This document shows positions 9,788 to 25,992 of a stretch of DNA of 64,000 bases, one piece after another (position 1 is the stretch's first letter; each line of letters starts with the position of its first letter). Location: NCBI RefSeq assembly GCF_003018255.1, contig NZ_CP027440.1. One strand, 5' to 3'. The position numbers and the translations under genes are program-made. The stretch comes from Escherichia coli. GTDB lineage: Bacteria > Pseudomonadota > Gammaproteobacteria > Enterobacterales > Enterobacteriaceae. A model generated the notes under the pieces. It was given only the letters and a program-made list of their open reading frames with translations. It did no database searches and was not told where the DNA came from.

Positions 9788-11731
9788 TTACTTACTCAAA
9801 TCCACCTGATAAATCGCAAACCCGATATCATCGGTCGCGACTTTATTCATCGGATATTGCCCTTTCTCTTTAATAAACGCCGCGGCTTTATCTGATGGAG
9901 AGGTTTCGAAACGGATATCCAGTTTCTTATCGCCAGCTATTGGTGCTAAACGCCAGTTGTTATCTGCCGCCGGGTGAATTTCCCCCGCACGTTTCGACTC
10001 ATCAGCAATCCACGCTGCCAGCACCGAGCGGTTCTCATCCGGTGAAGCAAAAGCGATATGGCTGTCGCCCGTACCGGCAAATTTGCCGCCGTAAGCGCGA
10101 TAGTTATTGGTGGCAACGAGGAACATGGCGTTCGGATCAATCGGCTTGCCGTTAAAGGTCAGGTTCTTAATCCTTTCCGCATTGGCATTAACCATCTGGC
10201 ACTCGCCGTCATAACGGGCGGGCTGGGTAACATCAATCTGATAATTCACACCATCAATAACATCAAAGTTATAGGTGCGGAAACCATCCCAGTTGATGAG
10301 TGACTGTGGTTTCGTGCTGTTAGGATCAATCTGGTTAAACTGTCCGGCGGAGCACTCCAGCCACTCTTTCACCTCTTTACCGCTGGCTTTCACCACAATC
10401 AGCGTATTGGGGTAGAGATAAAGATCGGCGGCATTACGGAAGGTCAACTGGCCTTTTTCCACCTCCACATAGCTTGCCGGGTCATTTTTGCGACCACCAA
10501 CTTTAAACGGTGCGGCAGCTGAAAGCACTGGCAGTTTTGCCAGATCCGGATCGCCCTGAATGTAATGCTCGACATACGCTTTTTGCGCGTTGTTCACCAC
10601 CTGCACGGTCGGATCGTCCTGCACAAGCGCCAGATAGCTATACATATTGTCGGCAGATTTACCGATTGGCTTGCTGACGAACTGGCGTGTGGCATCGTGA
10701 TCGGCTTTGAGTGTTTCTACCAGCTTGCTGTCTTCCGCCGCGAGGGATTTTTTATTCGCGATGTCGTAAATCGGCCGTGCTTCCGCTTTCGCCTGCGTCA
10801 CCTGCCATTTACCGCTGTCATTACTGAGTTGTAAGTCGACCACACCAAGATGATCGCCCCACATGCCTGGCATTACCGCCGGAACACCATTCAGCGTGCC
10901 TTTCGCGATATCAGCCCCTTCGATATCAGCAAAATCTTTACCTGGGAAAACGGCGTGAGCATGGCCAAACATAATGGCGTTAACGCCCGGAATTTCACTG
11001 AGGTAATAAACTGAGTTTTCCGCCATCACTTTATACGGATCGGCAGACAGCCCGGAATGCGCCAGAACGACAACGACATCGGCACCTTTCTCGCGCATTT
11101 CAGGCACGTATTTGCGCACGGTTTCGGTAATATCATTCACCGTCACTTTCCCGGATAAATTAGCTTTATCCCAGCCCATGATTTGTGGCGGGACGACGCC
11201 AATATAACCAATCTTCAGCGTCTGTTTTTTTCCGTCTTTATCGACCACTTCGGTGTCTTTAATTAAATACGGTGTAAACATTGGCTGTTTGGTTCTGGCG
11301 TCAATGACGTTGGCATTTACATAAGGGAATTTCGCTCCCGCCAGCGCATTTTTCAGATAATCCAGACCGTAGTTAAACTCGTGGTTGCCAAGCGTGCCGA
11401 CGGTATAGTCCAGCGTATTTAATGCCTTATAGACCGGGTGAATATCACCTGCTTTTAAACCTTTCGCCGACATGTAATCTGCAAGCGGACTCCCCTGAAT
11501 CAAATCGCCGTTATCGACCAGTACGCTGTTTTTCACTTCATTGCGGGCATCGTTAATCAGGCTTGCGGTACGTACCAGTCCGAATTTTTCCGTGGCGGTG
11601 TCTTTGTAATAATCGAAATCCATCATGTTGCTATGCAGATCAGTGGTTTCCATGATACGCAGATCGACCGTCGCTGCATTCACACTGGCGGCAATCAGCG
11701 TGGCCAGGAGCGTTGCGCTAAACTTAATCAT
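9788..11731 (-). CDS. cpdB: 2',3'-cyclic-nucleotide 2'-phosphodiesterase/3'-nucleotidase CpdB (periplasmic)
   Basis: ORF 9788..11740; second ATG (11731) has aagga SD at good spacing and gives 647 aa; signal peptide plus metallophosphatase motifs. Confidence 0.9.
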   Translation of the reverse strand: MIKFSATLLATLIAASVNAATVDLRIMETTDLHSNMMDFDYYKDTATEKFGLVRTASLINDARNEVKNSVLVDNGDLIQGSPLADYMSAKGLKAGDIHPVYKALNTLDYTVGTLGNHEFNYGLDYLKNALAGAKFPYVNANVIDARTKQPMFTPYLIKDTEVVDKDGKKQTLKIGYIGVVPPQIMGWDKANLSGKVTVNDITETVRKYVPEMREKGADVVVVLAHSGLSADPYKVMAENSVYYLSEIPGVNAIMFGHAHAVFPGKDFADIEGADIAKGTLNGVPAVMPGMWGDHLGVVDLQLSNDSGKWQVTQAKAEARPIYDIANKKSLAAEDSKLVETLKADHDATRQFVSKPIGKSADNMYSYLALVQDDPTVQVVNNAQKAYVEHYIQGDPDLAKLPVLSAAAPFKVGGRKNDPASYVEVEKGQLTFRNAADLYLYPNTLIVVKASGKEVKEWLECSAGQFNQIDPNSTKPQSLINWDGFRTYNFDVIDGVNYQIDVTQPARYDGECQMVNANAERIKNLTFNGKPIDPNAMFLVATNNYRAYGGKFAGTGDSHIAFASPDENRSVLAAWIADESKRAGEIHPAADNNWRLAPIAGDKKLDIRFETSPSDKAAAFIKEKGQYPMNKVATDDIGFAIYQVDLSK

Positions 11732-11920
11732 CAGGGACATCCTTTTATCATCGGGAATACGAAAGAAAAGGGAGAATAAACGTCTTACTTATAGAACAGT
11801 GAAGAATGCCACAATTTTACGCTTTGAAAATGATGACACTATCACAGTTGGCGCATTCATTAACGATAGGGTATAAGTAAAACAATAAGTTAACACCGCT
11901 CACAGAGACGAGGTGGAGAA

Positions 11921-12661
11921 ATGTTAGATCAAGTATGCCAGCTTGCACGGAATGCAGGCGATGCCATTATGCAGGTCTACGACGGGACGAAACCGATGGA
12001 CGTCGTCAGCAAAGCGGACAATTCTCCGGTAACGGCAGCGGATATTGCCGCACACACCGTTATCATGGACGGTTTACGTACGCTGACACCGGATATTCCG
12101 GTGCTTTCTGAAGAAGATCCTCCCGGTTGGGAAGTCCGCCAGCACTGGCAGCGTTACTGGCTGGTAGACCCACTGGATGGTACTAAAGAGTTTATTAAAC
12201 GTAATGGCGAATTCACCGTTAACATTGCGCTCATCGACCACGGCAAACCGATTTTAGGTGTGGTGTATGCGCCGGTAATGAACGTAATGTACAGCGCGGC
12301 AGAAGGCAAAGCGTGGAAAGAAGAGTGCGGCGTGCGCAAGCAGATTCAGGTCCGTGATGCGCGCCCGCCACTGGTCGTTATTAGCCGATCCCATGCAGAT
12401 GCAGAGCTGAAAGAGTATCTGCAACAGCTTGGCGAACATCAGACCACGTCCATCGGCTCTTCGCTGAAATTCTGCCTGGTGGCGGAAGGGCAGGCGCAGC
12501 TGTACCCGCGCTTCGGACCAACGAATATTTGGGACACCGCCGCTGGTCATGCCGTGGCTGTAGCTGCCGGAGCGCACGTTCACGACTGGCAGGGTAAACC
12601 GCTGGATTACACTCCGCGCGAGTCGTTCCTGAATCCGGGGTTCAGAGTATCTATTTATTAA
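11921..12661 (+). CDS. cysQ: 3'(2'),5'-bisphosphate nucleotidase CysQ
   Basis: 246-aa ORF with inositol-monophosphatase-family motifs ([12 protein letters not shown]). Confidence 0.9.
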   Translation: MLDQVCQLARNAGDAIMQVYDGTKPMDVVSKADNSPVTAADIAAHTVIMDGLRTLTPDIPVLSEEDPPGWEVRQHWQRYWLVDPLDGTKEFIKRNGEFTVNIALIDHGKPILGVVYAPVMNVMYSAAEGKAWKEECGVRKQIQVRDARPPLVVISRSHADAELKEYLQQLGEHQTTSIGSSLKFCLVAEGQAQLYPRFGPTNIWDTAAGHAVAVAAGAHVHDWQGKPLDYTPRESFLNPGFRVSIY

Positions 12662-13208
12662 TTAATTTATGCAGCAGGTCCATCACTTGCTGCACCTCTT
12701 CCTGAGTAAGCGCCCCGTCTTTGGCCCATTGCACGCGACCGTCTTTATCCAGCACCACTACAGCGGAACTTTCTTCATCCAGCTGCCAGGCACCGCGCGC
12801 GACGCCATTGCTATCGACAATAAACTGCGACCAGGGATAAAGCTTTTTATTACTCTCCAGACTGCTGCGCACAAACATGCCGGAACCCGGAATTGCGTCG
12901 TCGGTGTTAACAATGGTGGTGGTCTGGTAACGATCGTGCGGTAACTTTGCTGATTTAATCGCTTCAATCAGCGTCGCGTTTTTCTCTTTTGCAGAGGTGC
13001 GACCAGCAATATGTTGCAGTACTCGCACTTTTCCCACTAGCTGCGCGCTGTTCCAGGTTTTGTAGCTAAACTGATCTTTATCAAGCACCAACTCGCCACG
13101 ATCGGTAATGCCAATCGGCGGCACTCGCTGACCGGTTTCGAACTGATGTGCGGAAGCCATCATCGGCAACAGCAGGCAGGTGAGTGCCAGAATCTTGCGT
13201 AGGGTCAT
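12651..13208 (-). CDS. ytfJ: periplasmic protein YtfJ (DUF1107-type, signal peptide)
   Basis: 185-aa ORF with N-terminal signal peptide; 3' end overlaps the cysQ 3' end by 11 bp (convergent). Confidence 0.8.
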   Translation of the reverse strand: MTLRKILALTCLLLPMMASAHQFETGQRVPPIGITDRGELVLDKDQFSYKTWNSAQLVGKVRVLQHIAGRTSAKEKNATLIEAIKSAKLPHDRYQTTTIVNTDDAIPGSGMFVRSSLESNKKLYPWSQFIVDSNGVARGAWQLDEESSAVVVLDKDGRVQWAKDGALTQEEVQQVMDLLHKLINK

Positions 13209-13532
13209 GGTGTTTCCTTCTTATGATATGCAGGTGATCCGACCACTTGGGTCTGAGTTTTAATCATATGTGCTATTTATCGAATTTCCCGCAAGTGTGA
13301 TGCCAGTTTGCGGTCAAGCGCACAAATCATATGAAAAATGAATGCTTATACTGAAGACGGCGCTTCGGTAAAAAGATAATTCTGAATAATTGTAACCTTT
13401 AGGTAAAAAAAGTTATACGCGGTGGAAACATTGCCCGGATAGTCTATAGTCACTAAGCATTAAAATTTGCGCCTCATAATAGTTGGGCCGATTGTGGCAC
13501 CGCACAGGCGTAATACTCAGCAGGAGATAACA

Positions 13533-13739
13533 ATGAAAATTTTCCAACGGTACAACCCACTTCAGGTGGCGAAGTACGTAAAGATCCTGTTCCGTGGACG
13601 GTTATACATCAAGGACGTTGGCGCTTTTGAATTTGATAAGGGTAAGATTCTTATCCCAAAAGTGAAGGATAAGCTGCATTTGTCAGTGATGTCCGAAGTT
13701 AACCGTCAGGTTATGCGTCTGCAAACAGAGATGGCTTAA
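13533..13739 (+). CDS. ytfK: small protein YtfK (DUF1107)
   Basis: ORF track frame 13467..13739; start [22 protein letters not shown] at 13533 (aggaga SD upstream) gives 68 aa. Confidence 0.8.
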
Positions 13740-13762
13740 CCAAAGTGCTATGCAGTAATAAG

Positions 13763-13796
13763 ACGGCTCCTGATTCAGGAGCCGTTGATGTTTCTG
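13763..13796 (+). terminator. intrinsic terminator after ytfK
   Basis: ACGGCTCC-tgattc-AGGAGCCGT hairpin followed by T-rich tract. Confidence 0.55.
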
Positions 13797-13800
13797 GGGG

Positions 13801-15144
13801 TTACGCGACGCTTTCTTCTTTATCTTTAGCGTCAGGCAATTTTGGCGAAAGGGCGGTGGCCTTGCTGTCGATTCGGGTCACCAGCAGCTGGTCGATGCGG
13901 TAGTTATCGATATCCACCACTTCAAATTTGTAGCCGGCGAATTTCACCGAATCGGTGCGTTTCGGGATCTTACGCAGCATAAACATCATAAAGCCGCCGA
14001 TGGTTTCGTAGTTGCCCGACTGCGGGAACTCGTCAATATCCAGCACGCGCATGACGTCGTCAATAGGCGTGCCGCCGTCTATCAGCCATGAGTTCTCATC
14101 ACGGGCGACAATTTGCTCTTCCAGCCCCTGACCGACCAGATCGCCCATCAGCGTGGTCATCACGTCGTTGAGGGTGATGATCCCCACTACCAGCGCGTAC
14201 TCGTTCATGATCACCGCGAAGTCTTCACCTGCGGTTTTAAAACTTTCCAACGCCTCTGAAAGGGTTAACGTATCCGGCACAATCAGCGTATTGCGAATTT
14301 GTACGCCGCTGTTCAGTGCCAGGCTTTGGTTAGCCAGCACGCGGTTCAGCAGGTCTTTAGAATCGACATAGCCGATGATGTGGTCAATATCTTCATTACA
14401 GACGAGAAACTTAGAGTGCGGATGTTCCGCCACCTTATTCTTCAGACTTTGCTCATCTTCGTGGAGATCAAACCAAATCACGTTTTCACGCGGTGTCATT
14501 GAAGACGGAACGGTACGGGATTCCAGCTCAAAGACGTTTTCAATCAGCTCGTGTTCCTGTTTACGTAACACGCCCGCCAGCGCACCGGCTTCCACTACCG
14601 CGTAGATGTCATCAGAAGTGATATCATCTTTACGTACCATTGGCAGTTTGAAAATACGGAAGATTATGTTCGCCAGTCCGTTGAAGAACCACACCAGCGG
14701 GGTGCAAACGTACAGGCAGAAGCGCATCGGGTTGATGATACGCAAAGCCACCGCTTCTGGCGCAATCATACCGATGCGTTTCGGGGTTAAATCCGCAAAC
14801 AGGATAAACATGCCAGTCACTAACGAGAAAGAGAGAATAAAGCTCAGTTGCTCAGAGAGTTCTGCCGACATATAGCGGGAGAACAGGCTGTGAAAAGCTG
14901 GAGAAAATGCCGCATCACCGACGATACCGCCGAGAATCGCCACTGCGTTCAGACCGATCTGGACCACGGTAAAGAACATGCCGGGATTTTCCTGCATATT
15001 CAGAACGCGTTGGGCATTTATATTGCCTTCATCAGCCAGCAGTTTAAGTTTGATTTTGCGTGAGGCGGCAAGCGAGATCTCGGACATCGAGAAGAACGCA
15101 CTTACAGCGATCAAACAGAGTATGACTAAAATACTGTTTAACAT
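13801..15144 (-). CDS. ytfL: UPF0053 inner-membrane protein YtfL (DUF21 + CBS pair + CorC/HlyC transporter-associated domain)
   Basis: 447-aa ORF, recognised as YtfL. Confidence 0.85.
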   Translation of the reverse strand: MLNSILVILCLIAVSAFFSMSEISLAASRKIKLKLLADEGNINAQRVLNMQENPGMFFTVVQIGLNAVAILGGIVGDAAFSPAFHSLFSRYMSAELSEQLSFILSFSLVTGMFILFADLTPKRIGMIAPEAVALRIINPMRFCLYVCTPLVWFFNGLANIIFRIFKLPMVRKDDITSDDIYAVVEAGALAGVLRKQEHELIENVFELESRTVPSSMTPRENVIWFDLHEDEQSLKNKVAEHPHSKFLVCNEDIDHIIGYVDSKDLLNRVLANQSLALNSGVQIRNTLIVPDTLTLSEALESFKTAGEDFAVIMNEYALVVGIITLNDVMTTLMGDLVGQGLEEQIVARDENSWLIDGGTPIDDVMRVLDIDEFPQSGNYETIGGFMMFMLRKIPKRTDSVKFAGYKFEVVDIDNYRIDQLLVTRIDSKATALSPKLPDAKDKEESVA

Positions 15145-15321
15145 ATCTTATCCGACCTTTCAGGCCAGATCCTCGGAAGGGGAAGTTGATTAATTTGTGT
15201 GAAATACACATTGAAAGCCGATTCGAAGAAAGTGAACCGGCATTTTCAGTGGCTAGTATAGCGTAAGGTACTGTAAAGCCGCCAGAGGGTTAAAATTCAG
15301 ACAGCTGAAAAATGAAAAACT

Positions 15322-15420
15322 GCCTGATGCGCTATGCCGAACAGGCCTACGCAGTCCCCGCAATATATTGAATTTGGACGATTTTGTAGGCCTGGCAAGG
15401 CGTTTACGCCGTATCCGGCA
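15322..15420. repeat. REP/BIME cluster between ytfL start and msrA end
   Basis: GCCTGATGCG...GGCCTAC and GTAGGCCTGGCAAGGCGTTTACGCCGTATCCGGCA motifs. Confidence 0.6.
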
Positions 15421-15466
15421 TAAACAAAATGCACTTTATCAACAATCTACATTTGTACCCGTAACG

Positions 15467-16105
15467 CTATGCTTCCGGCGGCAGACAGACGCCAATTCCG
15501 CCAATTCCACAGTAACCATACGGGTTTTTATGCAGATATTGCTGGTGGTCATCTTCGGCATAATAAAACGGTGTGGCGTTAGCGATTTCCGTGGTGATGC
15601 GACGATCGTCATCGGCGGCAAGCATCGCCGCCTGAAAACGTTCCAGACTGGCGCGAGCGGCGGCATCCTGTTCTGGGGTCAGCGGATAAATCGCTGAACG
15701 ATACTGCGTGCCGTGGTCATTGCCCTGACGCATTCCCTGGGCGGGATCGTGATTCTCCCAAAATACTTGTAGCAACTGCTCATAGCTGATGACGGATGGA
15801 TCGTAAACAATGCGCACCGCTTCGGCATGGCCAGTATCGCCGGAGCACACTTCCCGATAAGTCGGATTTGGCGTATAGCCGCCGGTATAGCCTGCGGCGG
15901 TGCTGTAAACGCCGGGTAACTGCCAGAACAGACGCTCCACACCCCAGAAACAACCCATCGCAAAAATGGCAATCTCCATTCCGTCAGGTACATTGGTCAT
16001 TGAGTGACCGTTGACCGCATGCAGCGTGGCTACGGGCATCGGGGTGTTACGTCCAGGCAGGGCATCGGCGGGGGAAACCAGATGCTTTTTATCAAATAAA
16101 CTCAT
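15467..16105 (-). CDS. msrA: peptide-methionine (S)-S-oxide reductase MsrA
   Basis: ORF 15467..16171; start [10 protein letters not shown] at 16105 gives 212 aa; GCFWG active-site motif. Confidence 0.9.
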   Translation of the reverse strand: MSLFDKKHLVSPADALPGRNTPMPVATLHAVNGHSMTNVPDGMEIAIFAMGCFWGVERLFWQLPGVYSTAAGYTGGYTPNPTYREVCSGDTGHAEAVRIVYDPSVISYEQLLQVFWENHDPAQGMRQGNDHGTQYRSAIYPLTPEQDAAARASLERFQAAMLAADDDRRITTEIANATPFYYAEDDHQQYLHKNPYGYCGIGGIGVCLPPEA

Positions 16106-16268
16106 GGTGTCGCTCTCCCGAAAATCGGTCATTGGGGTTAAGGTTGTAACAAGAGGCGTATTTGCACACAATAACCGCTGTGAATAGGTCTAAAGTAAAA
16201 CATAAGAAATATTTGGGGTTTAGTCTGCTTTTTAATCCATATTACTGGATTTTTGTTAAGCCGTTTAA

Positions 16269-21820
<5,552 letters not shown>

Positions 21821-21822
21821 CA

Positions 21823-22164
21823 ATGCGAATATTTGTCTACGGCAGTTTACGCCACAAACAAGGCAACAGTCACTGGATGACCAATGCCCAGTTACTGGGC
21901 GATTTCAGTATCGATAACTACCAGTTGTATAGCCTGGGCCACTATCCAGGCGCAGTTCCGGGGAACGGAACAGTACACGGTGAAGTTTATCGTATTGATA
22001 ACGCCACGCTGGCCGAACTTGATGCCTTGCGCACCAGGGGCGGTGAATACGCGCGCCAGTTGATTCAGACGCCGTACGGGAGTGCATGGATGTACGTTTA
22101 TCAACGACCCGTCGATGGATTAAAGCTAATTGAAAGCGGCGACTGGTTAGACAGGGATAAGTAA
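21823..22164 (+). CDS. ytfP: gamma-glutamylcyclotransferase-like protein YtfP
   Basis: 113-aa ORF starting 3 bp after the tamB stop. Confidence 0.8.
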   Translation: MRIFVYGSLRHKQGNSHWMTNAQLLGDFSIDNYQLYSLGHYPGAVPGNGTVHGEVYRIDNATLAELDALRTRGGEYARQLIQTPYGSAWMYVYQRPVDGLKLIESGDWLDRDK

Positions 22165-22174
22165 TAATAAAAGC

Positions 22175-22200
22175 ACGCCACCTTCGGGTGGCGTTGTTTT
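22175..22200 (+). terminator. intrinsic terminator of the tamAB-ytfP operon
   Basis: ACGCCACC-ttcg-GGTGGCGT stem-loop followed by TGTTTT. Confidence 0.75.
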
Positions 22201-22543
22201 ATGCGATGTATCTCGCGATTTTTTTTGTAACTTTCCCATCTTTTGCTTTTCTCTCCGGGCCGCTTTCCATATCTGCAATCGCATAAAAAACTCTGCTGGC
22301 GTTAACAAATGTACAGGGGTAAAACGGGGACACGCTTTGAACGGTGAGTATGAGTGAGGCCGGCTAACTTCCAGCAAGTGGCTATGAACAGCAAAATGGT
22401 GGTCGAGTTTAGCTTGTTCTTACCGTTCAAGCCTTTCAACTGCTGAAAATAATAATAGTGGAGTAGAGAGTTTATAAATTGCGGGCATAAAAAAACCCTT
22501 ACTAACCGAAGCCCGGTGTTCAGGGTTATTGCGCCAGAAGAAC

Positions 22544-23074
22544 TTATTTATTCTTGGCGCGCTCGAAGGAAGCAACGATTTCAGCTTTAGCGGCTTCTGC
22601 GTTTTCCCAACCTTCAACTTTAACCCACTTGCCTTTTTCGAGGTCTTTGTAGTGCTCGAAGAAGTGAGCGATTTGCGCTTTCAGCAGCTCTGGCAGATCG
22701 TTAACGTCTTTAATGTGATCGTATTCTTTGCTCAGCTTGGTGTGCGGAACAGCAATCAGTTTCGCATCTTCACCGGCTTCGTCGGTCATTTTCAGTACGC
22801 CAACCGGACGGCAGCGGATCACAGAACCCGGCTGCAGCGGGTACGGAGTCGGGACCAGTACGTCAACCGGGTCACCGTCCAGAGACAGAGTGTGGTTGAT
22901 GTAACCGTAGTTGCACGGATAGAACATCGCGGTGGACATGAAGCGGTCAACGAACAGTGCGCCGCTCTCTTTGTCGATTTCGTATTTGATTGGATCTGCG
23001 TTAGCCGGGATCTCAATAACAACGTAGATGTCTTCCGGCAGATCTTTACCCGCAGGGACGTTGAGTAAGCTCAT
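22544..23074 (-). CDS. ppa: inorganic pyrophosphatase
   Basis: 176-aa [35 protein letters not shown], recognised as Ppa. Confidence 0.95.
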   Translation of the reverse strand: MSLLNVPAGKDLPEDIYVVIEIPANADPIKYEIDKESGALFVDRFMSTAMFYPCNYGYINHTLSLDGDPVDVLVPTPYPLQPGSVIRCRPVGVLKMTDEAGEDAKLIAVPHTKLSKEYDHIKDVNDLPELLKAQIAHFFEHYKDLEKGKWVKVEGWENAEAAKAEIVASFERAKNK

Positions 23075-23293
23075 GTCTGTTTCCTTTAAAAATATGTGGC
23101 AAACAAGTGCCGAGTATTATAGCCAACTCGCGCCGAATGTCTTCGCTTGTTTTCGTCTTCATTTTCCTTTTTCGCCAGTTTTAAGACGGTATACAGAGCA
23201 GGAAAATCCATAACCGTAGCCGCATTTTTCATAGTGAGATGAAAGCGATTACAAACTTGTGATTAACGTTTTATTTACTTTTTTGAAGTGTGA

Positions 23294-23312
23294 TGTAACG
23301 CAATCCGTTACA
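23294..23312. promoter_or_regulatory. 7-5-7 inverted repeat upstream of ytfQ (candidate operator)
   Basis: TGTAACG-caatc-CGTTACA, about 72 bp upstream of the ytfQ ATG. Confidence 0.35.
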
Positions 23313-23383
23313 TAACGAATTGTCTATAGTTTTTTCGCGAACATCTTTTCACCAATAATAATTACCCCGACGAGGACAACCCT

Positions 23384-24340
23384 ATGTGGAAACGCTTACT
23401 TGTAGTCTCTGCAGTCTCGGCAGCCATGTCGTCTATGGCGTTGGCCGCTCCATTAACCGTTGGATTTTCGCAGGTCGGGTCGGAATCCGGCTGGCGCGCC
23501 GCAGAAACCAATGTGGCGAAAAGTGAAGCCGAAAAGCGCGGAATTACGTTGAAAATTGCCGATGGTCAGCAAAAGCAGGAAAACCAGATTAAAGCGGTAC
23601 GTTCCTTCGTCGCGCAAGGGGTGGATGCGATCTTTATCGCTCCAGTGGTAGCGACCGGTTGGGAGCCGGTATTAAAAGAGGCGAAAGATGCCGAAATCCC
23701 GGTCTTCTTGCTTGACCGTTCCATCGATGTGAAAGACAAATCTCTCTATATGACCACTGTCACCGCCGACAACATCCTCGAAGGCAAGTTGATTGGTGAC
23801 TGGCTGGTAAAAGAAGTGAATGGCAAACCATGCAACGTGGTGGAGCTGCAGGGCACCGTTGGGGCCAGCGTCGCCATTGACCGTAAGAAAGGCTTTGCCG
23901 AAGCCATTAAGAATGCGCCAAATATCAAAATTATCCGCTCGCAGTCAGGTGACTTCACCCGCAGCAAAGGCAAAGAAGTGATGGAGAGCTTTATCAAAGC
24001 GGAAAACAACGGCAAAAACATCTGCATGGTTTACGCCCATAACGATGACATGGTGATTGGTGCAATTCAGGCAATTAAAGAAGCGGGCCTGAAACCGGGC
24101 AAAGATATCCTGACAGGCTCTATCGACGGTGTGCCGGACATCTACAAAGCGATGATTGATGGCGAAGCGAACGCCAGTGTTGAACTGACGCCGAATATGG
24201 CAGGTCCCGCCTTCGACGCGCTGGAGAAATATAAAAAAGACGGCACCATGCCTGAAAAGCTGACGTTAACCAAATCCACCCTTTATCTGCCTGATACCGC
24301 AAAAGAAGAGTTAGAGAAGAAGAAAAATATGGGGTATTGA
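23384..24340 (+). CDS. ytfQ: galactofuranose ABC transporter periplasmic binding protein YtfQ
   Basis: 318-aa ORF with signal peptide; periplasmic sugar-binding fold. Confidence 0.9.
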   Translation: MWKRLLVVSAVSAAMSSMALAAPLTVGFSQVGSESGWRAAETNVAKSEAEKRGITLKIADGQQKQENQIKAVRSFVAQGVDAIFIAPVVATGWEPVLKEAKDAEIPVFLLDRSIDVKDKSLYMTTVTADNILEGKLIGDWLVKEVNGKPCNVVELQGTVGASVAIDRKKGFAEAIKNAPNIKIIRSQSGDFTRSKGKEVMESFIKAENNGKNICMVYAHNDDMVIGAIQAIKEAGLKPGKDILTGSIDGVPDIYKAMIDGEANASVELTPNMAGPAFDALEKYKKDGTMPEKLTLTKSTLYLPDTAKEELEKKKNMGY

Positions 24341-24350
24341 GGGTTGCTAT

Positions 24351-24450
24351 GCCTGATGCCGATTCGTAGGCCGGATAAGGCGCTCGCGCCGCATCCGGCG
24401 GTTGTGCGCTGAAGCCTGATGCGACGCTTACCGCGTCTTATCATGCCTAC
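24351..24450. repeat. REP/BIME cluster inside the ytfQ-ytfR intercistronic region
   Basis: Two REP units (GCCTGATGCCGATTCGTAGGCCGGATAAGGCG...GCATCCGGCG and GCCTGATGCGACGCTTACCGCGTCTTATCATGCCTAC). Confidence 0.7.
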
Positions 24451-24479
24451 TGGGAGCACGCTTTACACCGGGGGAAACC

Positions 24480-25982
24480 ATGACGACCGACCAACACCAG
24501 GAAATCCTCCGCACCGAAGGATTAAGTAAATTTTTCCCCGGTGTCAAAGCGTTAGACAACGTTGATTTCAGCCTGCGCCGTGGCGAAATCATGGCGCTGC
24601 TCGGTGAAAACGGGGCGGGAAAATCGACGCTAATCAAAGCATTAACCGGTGTATACCACGCCGATCGCGGCACTATCTGGCTGGAAGGCCAGGCTATCTC
24701 ACCGAAAAACACCGCCCACGCACAACAACTCGGCATCGGCACCGTCTATCAGGAAGTCAACCTGCTACCCAATATGTCGGTCGCTGATAATCTATTCATA
24801 GGTCGCGAACCCAAACGTTTCGGCCTTCTACGCCGTAAAGAGATGGAAAAGCGCGCCACCGAACTGATGGCATCTTACGGTTTCTCCCTCGACGTGCGCG
24901 AACCGCTCAACCGCTTTTCAGTCGCGATGCAGCAAATCGTCGCCATTTGCCGGGCTATCGATCTCTCCGCCAAAGTGCTGATCCTCGATGAACCCACCGC
25001 CAGTCTCGACACTCAGGAAGTAGAGTTACTGTTTGGCCTGATGCGTCAGCTTCGCGATCGCGGCGTCAGCCTGATCTTCGTCACTCATTTTCTCGATCAG
25101 GTTTATCAGGTTAGCGATCGGATCACCGTCTTACGTAACGGCAGTTTTGTGGGCTGTCGGGAAACCCGCGAGCTACCGCAGATCGAACTGGTAAAAATGA
25201 TGCTGGGGCGTGAACTGGACACCCACGCGCTTCAGCGTGCCGGGAGAACATTGCTGAGCGACAAACCCGTTGCCGCGTTCAAAAATTACGGCAAAAAAGG
25301 AACGATCGCACCGTTTGATCTCGAAGTACGCCCCGGCGAGATCGTTGGCCTGGCAGGCTTGCTGGGATCCGGACGTACCGAAACCGCCGAAGTGATCTTC
25401 GGGATCAAACCTGCTGACAGCGGCACGGCGTTGATCAAAGGCAAACAGCAAACCCTGCGATCGCCACATCAGGCTTCGGTACTGGGTATCGGCTTCTGCC
25501 CGGAAGACAGGAAAACCGATGGCATCATCGCCGCCGCCTCGGTGCGGGAAAATATCATCCTCGCTCTCCAGGCCCAGCGCGGCTGGCTACGACCGATTTC
25601 CCGCAAAGAACAGCAAGAGATTGCCGAACGCTTTATCCGCCAGCTTGGCATTCGCACACCTTCAACTGAACAACCGATTGAATTTCTCTCTGGCGGCAAT
25701 CAGCAAAAAGTGTTGCTTTCACGTTGGCTACTGACTCGTCCGCAATTTTTGATCCTCGACGAGCCAACCCGCGGCATTGATGTTGGTGCCCACGCTGAAA
25801 TCATCCGCCTGATTGAAACGCTGTGCGCTGACGGTCTGGCGCTGCTGGTGATCTCCTCTGAACTGGAAGAGCTGGTGGGCTATGCCGACCGGGTGATTAT
25901 CATGCGCGATCGCAAACAGGTGGCGGAGATCCCGCTGGCAGAGCTTTCCGTTCCGGCGATCATGAACGCCATTGCGGCGTAA
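24480..25982 (+). CDS. ytfR: sugar ABC transporter ATP-binding protein YtfR (duplicated ATPase domains)
   Basis: 500-aa ORF with two Walker A motifs (GENGAGKST; GLLGSGRTE). Confidence 0.9.
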   Translation: MTTDQHQEILRTEGLSKFFPGVKALDNVDFSLRRGEIMALLGENGAGKSTLIKALTGVYHADRGTIWLEGQAISPKNTAHAQQLGIGTVYQEVNLLPNMSVADNLFIGREPKRFGLLRRKEMEKRATELMASYGFSLDVREPLNRFSVAMQQIVAICRAIDLSAKVLILDEPTASLDTQEVELLFGLMRQLRDRGVSLIFVTHFLDQVYQVSDRITVLRNGSFVGCRETRELPQIELVKMMLGRELDTHALQRAGRTLLSDKPVAAFKNYGKKGTIAPFDLEVRPGEIVGLAGLLGSGRTETAEVIFGIKPADSGTALIKGKQQTLRSPHQASVLGIGFCPEDRKTDGIIAAASVRENIILALQAQRGWLRPISRKEQQEIAERFIRQLGIRTPSTEQPIEFLSGGNQQKVLLSRWLLTRPQFLILDEPTRGIDVGAHAEIIRLIETLCADGLALLVISSELEELVGYADRVIIMRDRKQVAEIPLAELSVPAIMNAIAA

Positions 25983-25992
25983 GGAGAATAGT

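Noticed and set aside
12651-13208. Alternative identity of the 185-aa minus-strand ORF as ytfI
   Set aside because: Length and signal peptide fit YtfJ (about 184 aa); YtfI as I recall it is considerably longer.
22147-22617. Small minus-strand ORFs (76 aa and 65 aa) in the ytfP-ppa gap
   Set aside because: No SD sequences; they overlap terminator and promoter elements; likely non-coding, though the gap itself is flagged as a finding.
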